Assembly (NCBI RefSeq): GCF_009914755.1
Contig: NC_060927.1
Strand: one strand, 5' to 3'
DNA from: the human T2T-CHM13v2.0 reference genome, Homo sapiens
DNA: 64,000 nt
Below, piece after piece: positions 1 through 13,125 of this stretch. A program made the translations under genes and the position numbers. The notes under the pieces are model-generated. The model did not search any database, was not told where the DNA came from, and worked only from the letters and a program-made list of their open reading frames with translations. Position 1 is the stretch's first letter; every line of letters begins with the position of its first letter.

Positions 1-238
1 TACATCAAATATATATTTTATTCTGTACATAAAATATCAAAGAACACCAGATATATATTCTATAGTGTACATAAAATATCAAAGTACCCAAACTATACAT
101 TATATACTGTACATAAAATATGAAATTACAGCAAATATATATTATATTAGGTACATAAAATATGAAAGTACATCAAATATAGATTATATACTGTACATTA
201 AATACCAAAGTACCCCAAATATATATTTTATACTGTAC

Positions 239-821
239 ATGAAATATCAAAGTTCACAAACTATATATTATATACTGTACATAAAATATCAATGTACCCA
301 AGGTATATATTCTATACTGCACAAAAAATATCAAAGTACCCAAAGCATGTATTATATACTGTATATAAAATATGAAAGTACATCAAATATATATTTTATT
401 CTGTACATAAAATATCAAAGTACACCAGATATATATTCTATAGTGTACATAAAATAACAAAGTACACAAACTATAAATTATATCCTGTACATAAAATATG
501 AAATTACATCAAATATATATTAGGTACATAAAATATGAAAGTACATCAAATATAGATTATATACTGTACATTAAGTACCAAAGTACACCAAATATATATT
601 TTATTCTGTACATAAAATATCAAAGTACACCAGATATATATTCTATAGTGTACATAAAATATCAAAGTACCCAAACTATACATTATATACTGTACATAAA
701 ATATGAAATTACATCAAATATATATTATATTAGGTAAATGAAATATGAAAGTACATCAAATATAGATTATATACTGTACATGAAATATGAAAGTACCCCA
801 AATATATATTATATACTCTAC
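239..821 (+). repeat. 583-bp 14-monomer HOR variant (other copies start at 18551, 30525, 33370, 37730, 39442, 41149, 49218, 55988, 60114)
   Basis: M1-to-M1 distance is 583 = 14x42-5. Order is M1-M7(5-bp deletion), M8, M9/M4 hybrid (cattaagtaccaaagtacaccaaat..ttttattct), then M5-M9. Linked markers are aaaataacaaagtacaca and taaattatatcctg. Confidence 0.85.
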
Positions 822-3800
822 ATGAAATATCAAAGTTCACAAACTATATATTATATACTGTACATAAAATATCAAAGTACCCAAGGTATATATTCTATAC
901 TGTACAAAAAATATCAAAGTATCCAAAGCATGTATTATATACTGTATATAAAATATGAAAGTACATCAAATATATATTTTATTCTGTACATAAAATATCA
1001 AAGTACACCAGATATATATTCTATAGTGTACATAAAATATCAAAGTACCCAAACTATACATTATATACTGTACATAAAATATGAAATTACAGCAAATATA
1101 TATTATATTAGGTACATAAAATATGAAAGTACATCAAATATAGATTATATACTCTACATTAAATACCAAAGTACCCCAAATATATATTTTATACTGTACA
1201 TGAAATATCAAAGTTCACAAACTATATATTATATACTGTCCATAAAATATCAAAGTACCCAAGGTATATATTTTATACTGTACAAAAAATATCAAAGTAC
1301 CCAAAGCATGTATTATATACTGTACATAAAATATGAAAGTACATCAAATATATATTTTATTCTGTACATAAAATATCAAAGTACACCAGATATATATTCT
1401 ACAGTGTATATAAAATATCAAAGTACCCAAACTATACATTATATACTGTACATAAAATATGAAATTACATCAAATATATATTATATTAGGTACATAAAAT
1501 ATGAAAGTACATGAAGTATAGATTATATACTGTACATAAAATATCAAAGTACCCCAAATTTATATTATATACTATACATGAAATATCAAAGTTCACAAAC
1601 TATATATTATATACTGTACATAAAATATCAAAGTACCCAAGGTATATATTCTATAGTGTACAAAAAATATCAAAGTACCCAAAGCATGTATTATATACCG
1701 TACGTAAAATATAAAATTACATCAAATATATATTTTATTCTGTACATAAAATATCAAAGTTCACCAGATATATATACTATAGTGTACATAAAATATCAAA
1801 GTACCCAAACTATACATTATACACTGCACATAAAATATGAAATTACATCAAATATATATTAGGTACATAAAATATGAAAGTACATCAAATATAGATTATA
1901 TACTGTAAATATAATATCAATGTACCCCAAATATATATTTTATACTCTACATGAAATATCAAAGTTCACAAACCATATATTATATACTGTACATAAAATA
2001 TCAAAGTACCCAAGGTATATATTCTATACTGTACAAAAAATATCAAAGTACCCAAAGCATGTATTATATACTGTACATAAAATATGAAAGTACATCAAAT
2101 ATATATTTTATTCTGTACATAAAATCTCAAAGTACACCAGATATATATTCTATAGTGTACATAAAATATCAAAGTACCCAAACTATACATTATATACTGT
2201 ACATAAAATATGAAATTACATCAAATATATATTATATTAGGTACATGAAATTTGAAAGTACATCAAATATAGATTATATACTGTACATAAAATATGAAAG
2301 TACCCCAAATATATATTATATACTCTACATGAAATATCAAAGTTCACAAACTATATATTATATACTGTCCATAAAATATCAAAGTACCCAAGGTATATAT
2401 TCTATACTGTACAAAAAATATCAAAGTATCCAAAGCATGTATTATATACTGTATATAAAATATGAAAGTACATCAAATATATATTTTATTCTGTACATAA
2501 AATATCAAAGTACACCAGATATATATTCTATAGTGTACATAAAATATCAAAGTACCCAAACTATACATTATATACTGTACATAAAATATGAAATTACATC
2601 AAATATATATTATATTAGGTACATAAAATATGAAAGTACATCAAATATAGATTATATACTGTACATTAAATACCAAAGTACCCCAAATATATATTTTATA
2701 CTGTACATGAAATATCAAAGTTCACAAACTATATATTTTATACTGTACATAAAATATCAATGTACCCAAGGTATATATTCTATACTGCACAAAAAATATC
2801 AAAGTACCCAAAGCATGTATTATATACTGTATATAAAATATGAAAGTACATCAAATATATATTTTATTCTGTACATAAAATATCAAAGTACACCAGATAT
2901 ATATTCTATAGCGTACATAAAATATCAAAGTACCCAAACTATACATTATATACTGTACATAAAATATGAAATTACATCAAATATATATTATATTAGGTAC
3001 ATAAAATACGAAAGTACATCAAATATAGATTATATACTGTACATAAAATATCAAAGTACCCCAATATATATTATATACTGTACATGAAATATCAAAGTTC
3101 ACAAACTATATATTATGTACTGTACATAAAATATCAAAGTACCCAAGGTATACATTCTATACTGTACAAAAAATATCAAAGTACCCAAAGCATGTATTAT
3201 ATAATGTACATAAAATATGAAAGTACATCAAATATATATTTTATTCTGTACATAAAATATCAAAGTACACCAGATATATATTCTATAGCGTACATAAAAT
3301 ATCAAAGTACACAAACTATACATTATATACTGTACATAAAATATGAAATTACATCAAATATATATTATATTAGGTAAATGAAATATGAAAGTACATCAAA
3401 TATAGATTATATACTGTACATAAAATATGAAAGTACCCCAAATATATATTATATACTCTACATGAAATATCAAAGTTCACAAACTATATATTATATACTG
3501 TACATAAAATATCAAAGTACCCAAGGTATATATTCTATACTGTACAAAAAATATCAAAGTATCCAAAGCATGTATTATATACTGTATATAAAATATGAAA
3601 GTACATCAAATATATATTTTATTCTGTACATAAAATATCAAAGTACACCAGATATATATTCTATAGCGTACATAAAATATCAAAGTACACAAACTATACA
3701 TTATATACTGTACATAAAATATGAAATTACATCAAATATATATTATATTAGGTACATAAAATATGAAAGTACATCAAATATAGATTATATACTGTAAATA

Positions 3801-3839
3801 TAATATCAATGTACCCCAAATATATATTTTATACTCTAC

Positions 3840-4217
3840 ATGAAATATCAAAGTTCACAAACCATATATTATATACTGTACATAAAATATCAAAGTACCC
3901 AAGGTATATATTCTATACTGTACAAAAAATATCAAAGTACCCAAAGCATGTATTATATACTGTACATAAAATATGAAAGTACATCAAATATATATTTTAT
4001 TCTGTACATAAAATATCAAAGTACACCAGATATATATTCTATAGTGTACATAAAATATCAAAGTACCCAAACTATACATTATATACTGTACATAAAATAT
4101 GAAATTACATCAAATATATATTATATTAGGTAAATGAAATATGAAAGTACATCAAATATAGATTATATACTGTACATAAAATATGAAAGTACCCCAAATA
4201 TATATTATATACTCTAC
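3840..4217 (+). repeat. Representative canonical 378-bp HOR unit (9 x 42 bp)
   Basis: Monomers in order: M1 aagttcacaaac, M2 cccaaggtatatattct, M3 caaaaaatatc..aagcatg, M4 atcaaatatatattttattct, M5 accagat..atagtg, M6 aaactatacatt, M7 gaaattacatc..attagg, M8 atagatt, M9 ccccaaat. The next M1 ATG is at 4218. Confidence 0.93.
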
Positions 4218-4972
4218 ATGAAATATCAAAGTTCACAAACTATATATTATATACTGTACATAAAATATCAAAGTACCCAAGGTATATATTCTATACTGTA
4301 CAAAAAATATCAAAGTATCCAAAGCATGTATTATATACTGTATATAAAATATGAAAGTACATCAAATATATATTTTATTCTGTACATAAAATATCAAAGT
4401 ACACCAGATATATATTCTATAGTGTACATAAAATATCAAAGTACCCAAGCTATACATTATATACTGTACATAAAATATGAAATTACAGCAAATATATATT
4501 ATATTAGGTACATAAAATATGAAAGTACATCAAATATAGATTATATACTGTACATTAAATACCAAAGTACCCCAAATATATATTTTATACTGTACATGAA
4601 ATATCAAAGTTCACAAACTATATATTATATACTGTACATAAAATATCAATGTACCCAAGGTATATATTCTATACTGCACAAAAAATATCAAAGTACCCAA
4701 AGCATGTATTATATACTGTATATAAAATATGAAAGTACATCAAATATATATTTTATTCTGTACATAAAATATCAAAGTACACCAGATATATATTCTAATG
4801 TGTACATAAAATATCAAAGTACCCAAACTATACATTATATACTGTACATAAAATATGAAATTACATCAAATATATATTATATTAGGTACATAAAATACGA
4901 AAGTACATCAAATATAGATTATATACTGTACATAAAATATCAAAGTACCCCAATATATATTATATACTGTAC

Positions 4973-5508
4973 ATGAAATATCAAAGTTCACAAACTATAT
5001 ATTATGTACTGTACATAAAATATCAAAGTACCCAAGGTATATATTCTATAGTGTACAAAAAATATCAAAGTACCCAAAGCATGTATTATATAATGTACAT
5101 AAAATATGGAAATACATCAAATATATATTTTATTCTGTACATAAAATATCAAAGAACACCAGACATATATTCTATAGTGTACATAAAATATCAAAGTACC
5201 CAAACTATACATTATATACTGTACATAAAATATGAAATTACATCATATATATATTAGGTACATAAAATATGAAAGTACATCAAATATATATTTTATTCTG
5301 TACATAAAATATCAAAGTACACCAGATATATATTCTATAGTGTACATAAAATAACAAAGTACACAAACTATAAATTATATACTGTACATAAAATATGAAA
5401 TTACATCAAATATATATTAGGTACATAAAATATGAAAGTACATCAAATATAGATTATATACTGTACATATAATATCAATGTACCCGAAATATATATTTTA
5501 TACTCTAC
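4973..5508 (+). repeat. 536-bp 13-monomer HOR variant (other copies start at 7392, 45509, 47554, 53200, 57326)
   Basis: M1-to-M1 distance is 536 = 13x42-10. M4-M7 is present twice and both M7 copies carry the 5-bp deletion. Markers are acatcatatatatattagg and aaaataacaaagtacaca. Confidence 0.85.
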
Positions 5509-8500
5509 ATGAAATATCAAAGTTCACAAACCATATATTGTATACTGCACATAAAATATCAAAATACCCAATGTATATATTCTATACTGTACAAAAAATA
5601 TCAAAGTACCCAAAGCAGGTATTATATACTGTACATAAAATATGAAAGTACATCAAATATATATTTTATTCTGTACATAAAATATCAAAGTACACCAGAT
5701 ATATATTCTATAGTGTACATAAAATATCAAAGTACCCAAACTATACATTATATACTGTACATAAAATATGAAATTACATCAAATATATATTATATTAGGT
5801 ACATAAAATACGAAAGTACATCAAATATAGATTATATACTGTACATAAAATATCAAAGTACCCCAATATATATTATATACTGTATATGAAATATCAAAGT
5901 TCACAAACTATATATTATATACTGTACATAAAATATCAAAGTACCCAAGGTATATATTCTATAGTGTACAAAAAATATCAAAGTACCCAAAGCATGTATT
6001 ATATACCGTACATAAAATATAAAATTACATCAAATATATATTTTATTCTGTACATAAAATATCAAAGTACACCAGATATATATTCTATAGTGTACATAAA
6101 ATATCAAAGTACCCAAACTATACATTATACACTGTACATAAAATATGAAATTACATCAAATATATATTCGGTACATAAAATATGAAAGTACATCAAATAT
6201 AGATTATATACTGTAAATATAATATCAATGTACCCCAAATATATATTTTATACTCTACATGAAATATCAAAGTTCACAAACCATATATTATATACTGTAC
6301 ATAAAATATCAAAGTACCCAAGGTATATATTCTATACTGTACAAAAAATATCAAAGTACCCAAAGCATGTATTATATACTGTACATAAAATATGAAAGTA
6401 CATCAAATATATATTTTATTCTGTACATAAAATATCAAAGTACACCAGATTTATATTCTATAGTGTACATAAAATATCAAAGTACCCAAACTATACATTA
6501 TATACTGTACATAAAATATGAAATTACATCAAATATATATTATATTAGGTACATGAAATATGAAAGAACATCAAATATAGATTATATACTGTACATAAAA
6601 TATGAAAGTACCCCAAATATATATTATATACTCTACATGAAATATCAAAGTTCACCAACTATATATTATATACTGTACATAAACTATCAAAGTACCCAAG
6701 GTATATATTCTATACTGTACAAAAAATATCAAAGTATCCAAAGCATGTATTATATACTGTATATAAAATATGAAAGTACATCAAATATATATTTTATTCT
6801 GTACATAAAATATCAAAGTACACCAGATATATATTCTATAGTGTACATAAAATATCAAAGTCCCCAAACTATACATTATATACTGTACATAAAATATGAA
6901 ATTACAGCAAATATATATTATATTAGGTACATAAAATATGAAAGTACATCAAATATAGATTATATACTGTACATTAAATACCAAAGTACCCCAAATATAT
7001 ATTTTATACTGTACATGAAATATCAAAGTTCACAAACTATATATTATATACTGTACATAAAATATCAATGTACCCAAGGTATATATACTATACTGCACAA
7101 AAAATATCAAAGTACCCAAAGCATGTATTATATACTGTATATAAAATATGAAAGTACATCAAATATATATTTTATTCTGTACATAAAATATAAAAGTACA
7201 CCAGATATATATTCTATAGTGTACATAAAATATCAAAGTACCCAAACTATACATTATATACTGTACATAAAATATGAAATTACATCAAATATATATTATA
7301 TTAGGTACATAAAATACGAAAGTACATCAAATATAGATTATATACTGTACATAAAATATCAAAGTACCCCAATATATATTATATACTGTACATGAAATAT
7401 CAAAGTTCACAAACTATATATTATGTACTGTACATAAAATATCAAAGTACCCAAGGTATATATTCTATACTGTACAAAAAATATCAAAGTACCCAAAGCA
7501 TGTATTATATAATGTACATAAAATATGAAAGTACATCAAATATATATTTTATTCTGTACATAAAATATCAAAGAACACCAGATATATATTCTATAGTGTA
7601 CATAAAATATCAAAGTACCCAAAGTATACATTATATACTGTACATAAAATATGAAATTACATCATATATATATTAGGTACATAAAATATGAAAGTACATC
7701 AAATATATATTTTATTCTGTACATAAAATATCAAAGTACACCAGATATATATTCTATAGTGTACATAAAATAACAAAGTACACAAACTATAAATTATATA
7801 CTGTACATAAAATATGAAATTACATCAAATATATATTAGGTACATAAAATATGAAAGTACATCAAATATAGATTATATACTGTACATATAATATCAATGT
7901 ACCCGAAATATATATTTTATACTCTACATGAAATATCAAAGTTCACAAACCATATATTGTATACTGCACATAAAATATCAAAATACCCAAGGTATATATT
8001 CTATACTGTACAAAAAATATCAAAGTACCCAAAGCATGTATTATATAATGTACATAAAATATGAAAGTACATCAAATATATATTTTATTCTGTACATAAA
8101 ATATCAAAGAACACCAGATATATATTCTATAGTGTACATAAAATATCAAAGTACCCAAACTATACATTATATACTGTACATAAAATATGAAATTACATCA
8201 AATATATATTATATTAGGTACATAAAATATGAAAGTACATCAAATATAGATTATATACTGTAAATATAATATCAATGTACCCCAAATATATATTTTATAC
8301 TCTACATGAAATATCAAAGTTCACAAACCATATATTATATACTGTACATAAAATATCAAAGTACCCAAGGTATATATTCTATACTGTACAAAAAATATCA
8401 AAGTACCCAAAGCATGTATTATATACTGTACATAAAATATGAAAGTACATCAAATATATATTTTATTCTGTACATAAAATATCAAAGTACACCAGATATA

Positions 8501-8599
8501 TATTCTATAGTGTACATAAAATATCAAAGTACCCAAACTATACATTATATACTGTACATAAAATATGAAATTACATCAAATATATATTATATTAGGTAA

Positions 8600-11500
8600 A
8601 TGAAATATGAAAGTACATCAAATATAGATTATATACTGTACATAAAATATGAAAGTACCCCAAATATATATTATATACTCTACATGAAATATCAAAGTTC
8701 ACAAACTATATATTATATACTGTCCATAAAATATCAAAGTACCCAAGGTATATATTTTATACTATACAAAAAATATCAAAGTACCCAAAGCATGTATTAT
8801 ATACTATACCTAAAATATGAAAGTACATCAAATATATATTTTATTCTGTACATAAAATATCAAAGTACACCAGATATATATTCTACAGTGTATATAAAAT
8901 ATCAAAGTACCCAAACTATACATTATATACTGTACATAAAATATGAAATTACATCAAATATATATTATATTAGGTACATAAAATATGAAAGTACATGAAG
9001 TATAGATTATATACTGTACATAAAATATCAAAGTACCCCAAATTTATATTATATACTATACATGAAATATCAAAGTTCACAAACTATATATTATATACTG
9101 TACATAAAATATCAAAGTACCCAAGGTATATATTCTATAGTGTACAAAAAATATCAAAGTACCCAAAGCATGTATTATATACCGTACGTAAAATATAAAA
9201 TTACATCAAATATATATTTTATTCTGTACATAAAATATCAAAGTACACCAGATATATATACTATAGTGTACATAAAATATCAAAGTACCCAAACTATACA
9301 TTATACACTGCACATAAAATATGAAATTACATCAAATATATATTAGGTACATAAAATATGAAAGTACATCAAATATAGATTATATACTGTAAATATAATA
9401 TCAATGTACCCCAAATATATATTTTATACTCTACATGAAATATCAAAGTTCACAAACCATATATTATATACTGTACATAAAATATCAAAGTACCCAAGGT
9501 ATATATTCTATACTGTACAAAAAATATCAAAGTACCCAAAGCATGTATTATATACTGTACATAAAATATGAAAGTACATCAAATATATATTTTATTCTGT
9601 ACATAAAATATCAAAGTACACCAGATATATATTCTATAGTGTACATAAAATATCAAAGTACCCAAACTATACATTATATACTGTACATAAAATATGAAAT
9701 TACATCAAATATATATTATATTAGGTACATGAAATTTGAAAGTACATCAAATATAGATTATATACTGTACATAAAATATGAAAGTACCCCAAATATATAT
9801 TATATACTCTACATGAAATATCAAAGTTCACAAACTATATATTATATACTGTACATAAAATATCAAAGTACCCAAGGTATATATTCTATACTGTACAAAA
9901 AATATCAAAGTATCCAAAGCATGTATTATATACTGTATATAAAATATGAAAGTACATCAAATATATATTTTATTCTGTACATAAAATATCAAAATACACC
10001 AGATATATATTCTATAGTGTACATAAAATATCAAAGTACCCAAACTATACATTATATACTGTACATAAAATATGAAATTACAGCAAATATATATTATATT
10101 AGGTACATAAAATATGAAAGTACATCAAATATAGATTATATACTCTACATTAAATACCAAAGTACCCCAAATATATATTTTATACTGTACATGAAATATC
10201 AAAGTTCACAAACTATATATTATATACTGTACATAAAATATCAATGTACCCAAGGTATATATTCTATACTGCACAAAAAATATCAAAGTACCCAAAGCAT
10301 GTATTATATACTGTATATAAAATATGAAAGTACATCAAATATATATTTTATTCTGTACATAAAATATCAAAGTACACCAGATATATATTCTATAGTGTAC
10401 ATAAAATATCAAAGTACCCAAACTATACATTATATACTGTACATAAAATATGAAATTACATCAAATATATATTATATTAGGTACATAAAATACGAAAGTA
10501 CATCAAATATAGATTATACACTGTAAATATAATATCAATGTACCCCAAATATATATTTTATACTCTACATGAAATATCAAAGTTCACAAACCATATATTA
10601 TATACTGTACATAAAATATCAAAGTACCCAAGGTATATATTCTATACTGTACAAAAAATATCAAAGTACCCAAAGCATGTATTATATACTATACCTAAAA
10701 TATGAAAGTACATCAAATATATATTTTATTCTGTACATAAAATATCAAAGTACACCAGATATATATTCTACAGTGTACATAAAATATCAAAGTACCCAAA
10801 CTATACATTACATACTGTACATAAAATATGAAATTACATCAAATATATATTATATTAGGTAAATGAAATATGAAAGTACATCAAATATAGATTATATACT
10901 GTACATAAAATATGAAAGTACCCCAAATATATATTATATACTCTACATGAAATATCAAAGTTCACAAACTATATATTATATACTGTCCATAAAATATCAA
11001 AGTACCCAAGGTATATATTTTATACTGTACAAAAAATATCAAAGTACCCAAAGCATGTATTATATACTATACCTAAAATATGAAAGTACATCAAATATAT
11101 ATTTTATTCTGTACATAAAATATCAAAGTACACCAGATATATATTCTACAGTGTATATAAAATATCAAAGTACCCAAACTATACATTATATACTGTACAT
11201 AAAATATGAAATTACATCAAATATATATTATATTAGGTACATAAAATATGAAAGTACATGAAGTATAGATTATATACTGTACATAAAATATCAAAGTACC
11301 CCAAATTTATATTATATACTATACATGAAATATCAAAGTTCACAAACTATATATTATATACTGTACATAAAATATCAAAGTACCCTAGGTATATATTCTA
11401 TAGTGTACAAAAAATATCAAAGTACCCAAAGCATGTATTATATACCGTACGTAAAATATAAAATTACATCAAATATATATTTTATTCTGTACATAAAATA

Positions 11501-13125
11501 TCAAAGTACACCAGATATATATACTATAGTGTACATAAAATATCAAAGTACCCAAACTATACATTATACACTGCACATAAAATATGAAATTACATCAAAT
11601 ATATATTAGGTACATAAAATATGAAAGTACATCAAATATAGATTATATACTGTAAATATAATATCAATGTACCCCAAATATATATTTTATACTCTACATG
11701 AAATATCAAAGTTCACAAACCATATATTATATACTGTACATAAAATATCAAAGTACCCAAGGTATATATTCTATACTGTACAAAAAATATCAAAGTACCC
11801 AAAGCATGTATTATATACTGTACATAAAATATGAAAGTACATCAAATATATATTTTATTCTGTACATAAAATATCAAAGTACACCAGATATATATTCTAT
11901 AGTGTACATAAAATATCAAAGTACCCAAACTATACATTATATACTGTACATAAAATATGAAATTACATCAAATATATATTATATTAGGTACATGAAATTT
12001 GAAAGTACATCAAATATAGATTATATACTGTACATAAAATATGAAAGTACCCCAAATATATATTATATACTCTACATGAAATATCAAAGTTCACAAACTA
12101 TATATTATATACTGTACATAAAATATCAAAGTACCCAAGGTATATATTCTATACTGTACAAAAAATATCAAAGTATCCAAAGCATGTATTATATACTGTA
12201 TATAAAATATGAAAGTACATCAAATATATATTTTATTCTGTACATAAAATATCAAAATACACCAGATATATATTCTATAGTGTACATAAAATATCAAAGT
12301 ACCCAAACTATACATTATATACTGTACATAAAATATGAAATTACAGCAAATATATATTATATTAGGTACATAAAATATGAAAGTACATCAAATATAGATT
12401 ATATACTCTACATTAAATACCAAAGTACCCCAAATATATATTTTATACTGTACATGAAATATCAAAGTTCACAAACTATATATTATATACTGTACATAAA
12501 ATATCAATGTACCCAAGGTATATATTCTATACTGCACAAAAAATATCAAAGTACCCAAAGCATGTATTATATACTGTATATAAAATATGAAAGTACATCA
12601 AATATATATTTTATTCTGTACATAAAATATCAAAGTACACCAGATATATATTCTATAGTGTACATAAAATATCAAAGTACCCAAACTATACATTATATAC
12701 TGTACATAAAATATGAAATTACATCAAATATATATTATATTAGGTACATAAAATACGAAAGTACATCAAATATAGATTATATACTGTAAATATAATATCA
12801 ATGTACCCCAAATATATATTTTATACTCTACATGAAATATCAAAGTTCACAAACCATATATTATATACTGTACATAAAATATCAAAGTACCCAAGGTATA
12901 TATTCTATACTGTACAAAAAATATCAAAGTACCCAAAGCATGTATTATATACTATACCTAAAATATGAAAGTACATCAAATATATATTTTATTCTGTACA
13001 TAAAATATCAAAGTACACCAGATATATATTCTACAGTGTACATAAAATATCAAAGTACCCAAACTATACATTATATACTGTACATAAAATATGAAATTAC
13101 ATCAAATATATATTATATTAGGTAC
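8600..13125 (+). repeat. Tandem duplication with 2263-bp period (6 HORs, 6x378-5)
   Basis: ORF pairs 8600/10863, 8995/11258, 9062/11325, 9435/11698 and 10569/12832. Rare markers aaaatacacc (9991/12254) and gaaatttgaa (9731/11994). Confidence 0.88.

Larger units (their letters stand above)
3840..8000 (+). repeat. Diverged tandem super-repeat with 2419-bp period
   Basis: Matching HOR starts 3840/6259, 4973/7392 and 5509/7928. Shared markers gtacccgaaat and tattgtatactgcac. 2419 = 378+378+377+536+377+373. Confidence 0.7.
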
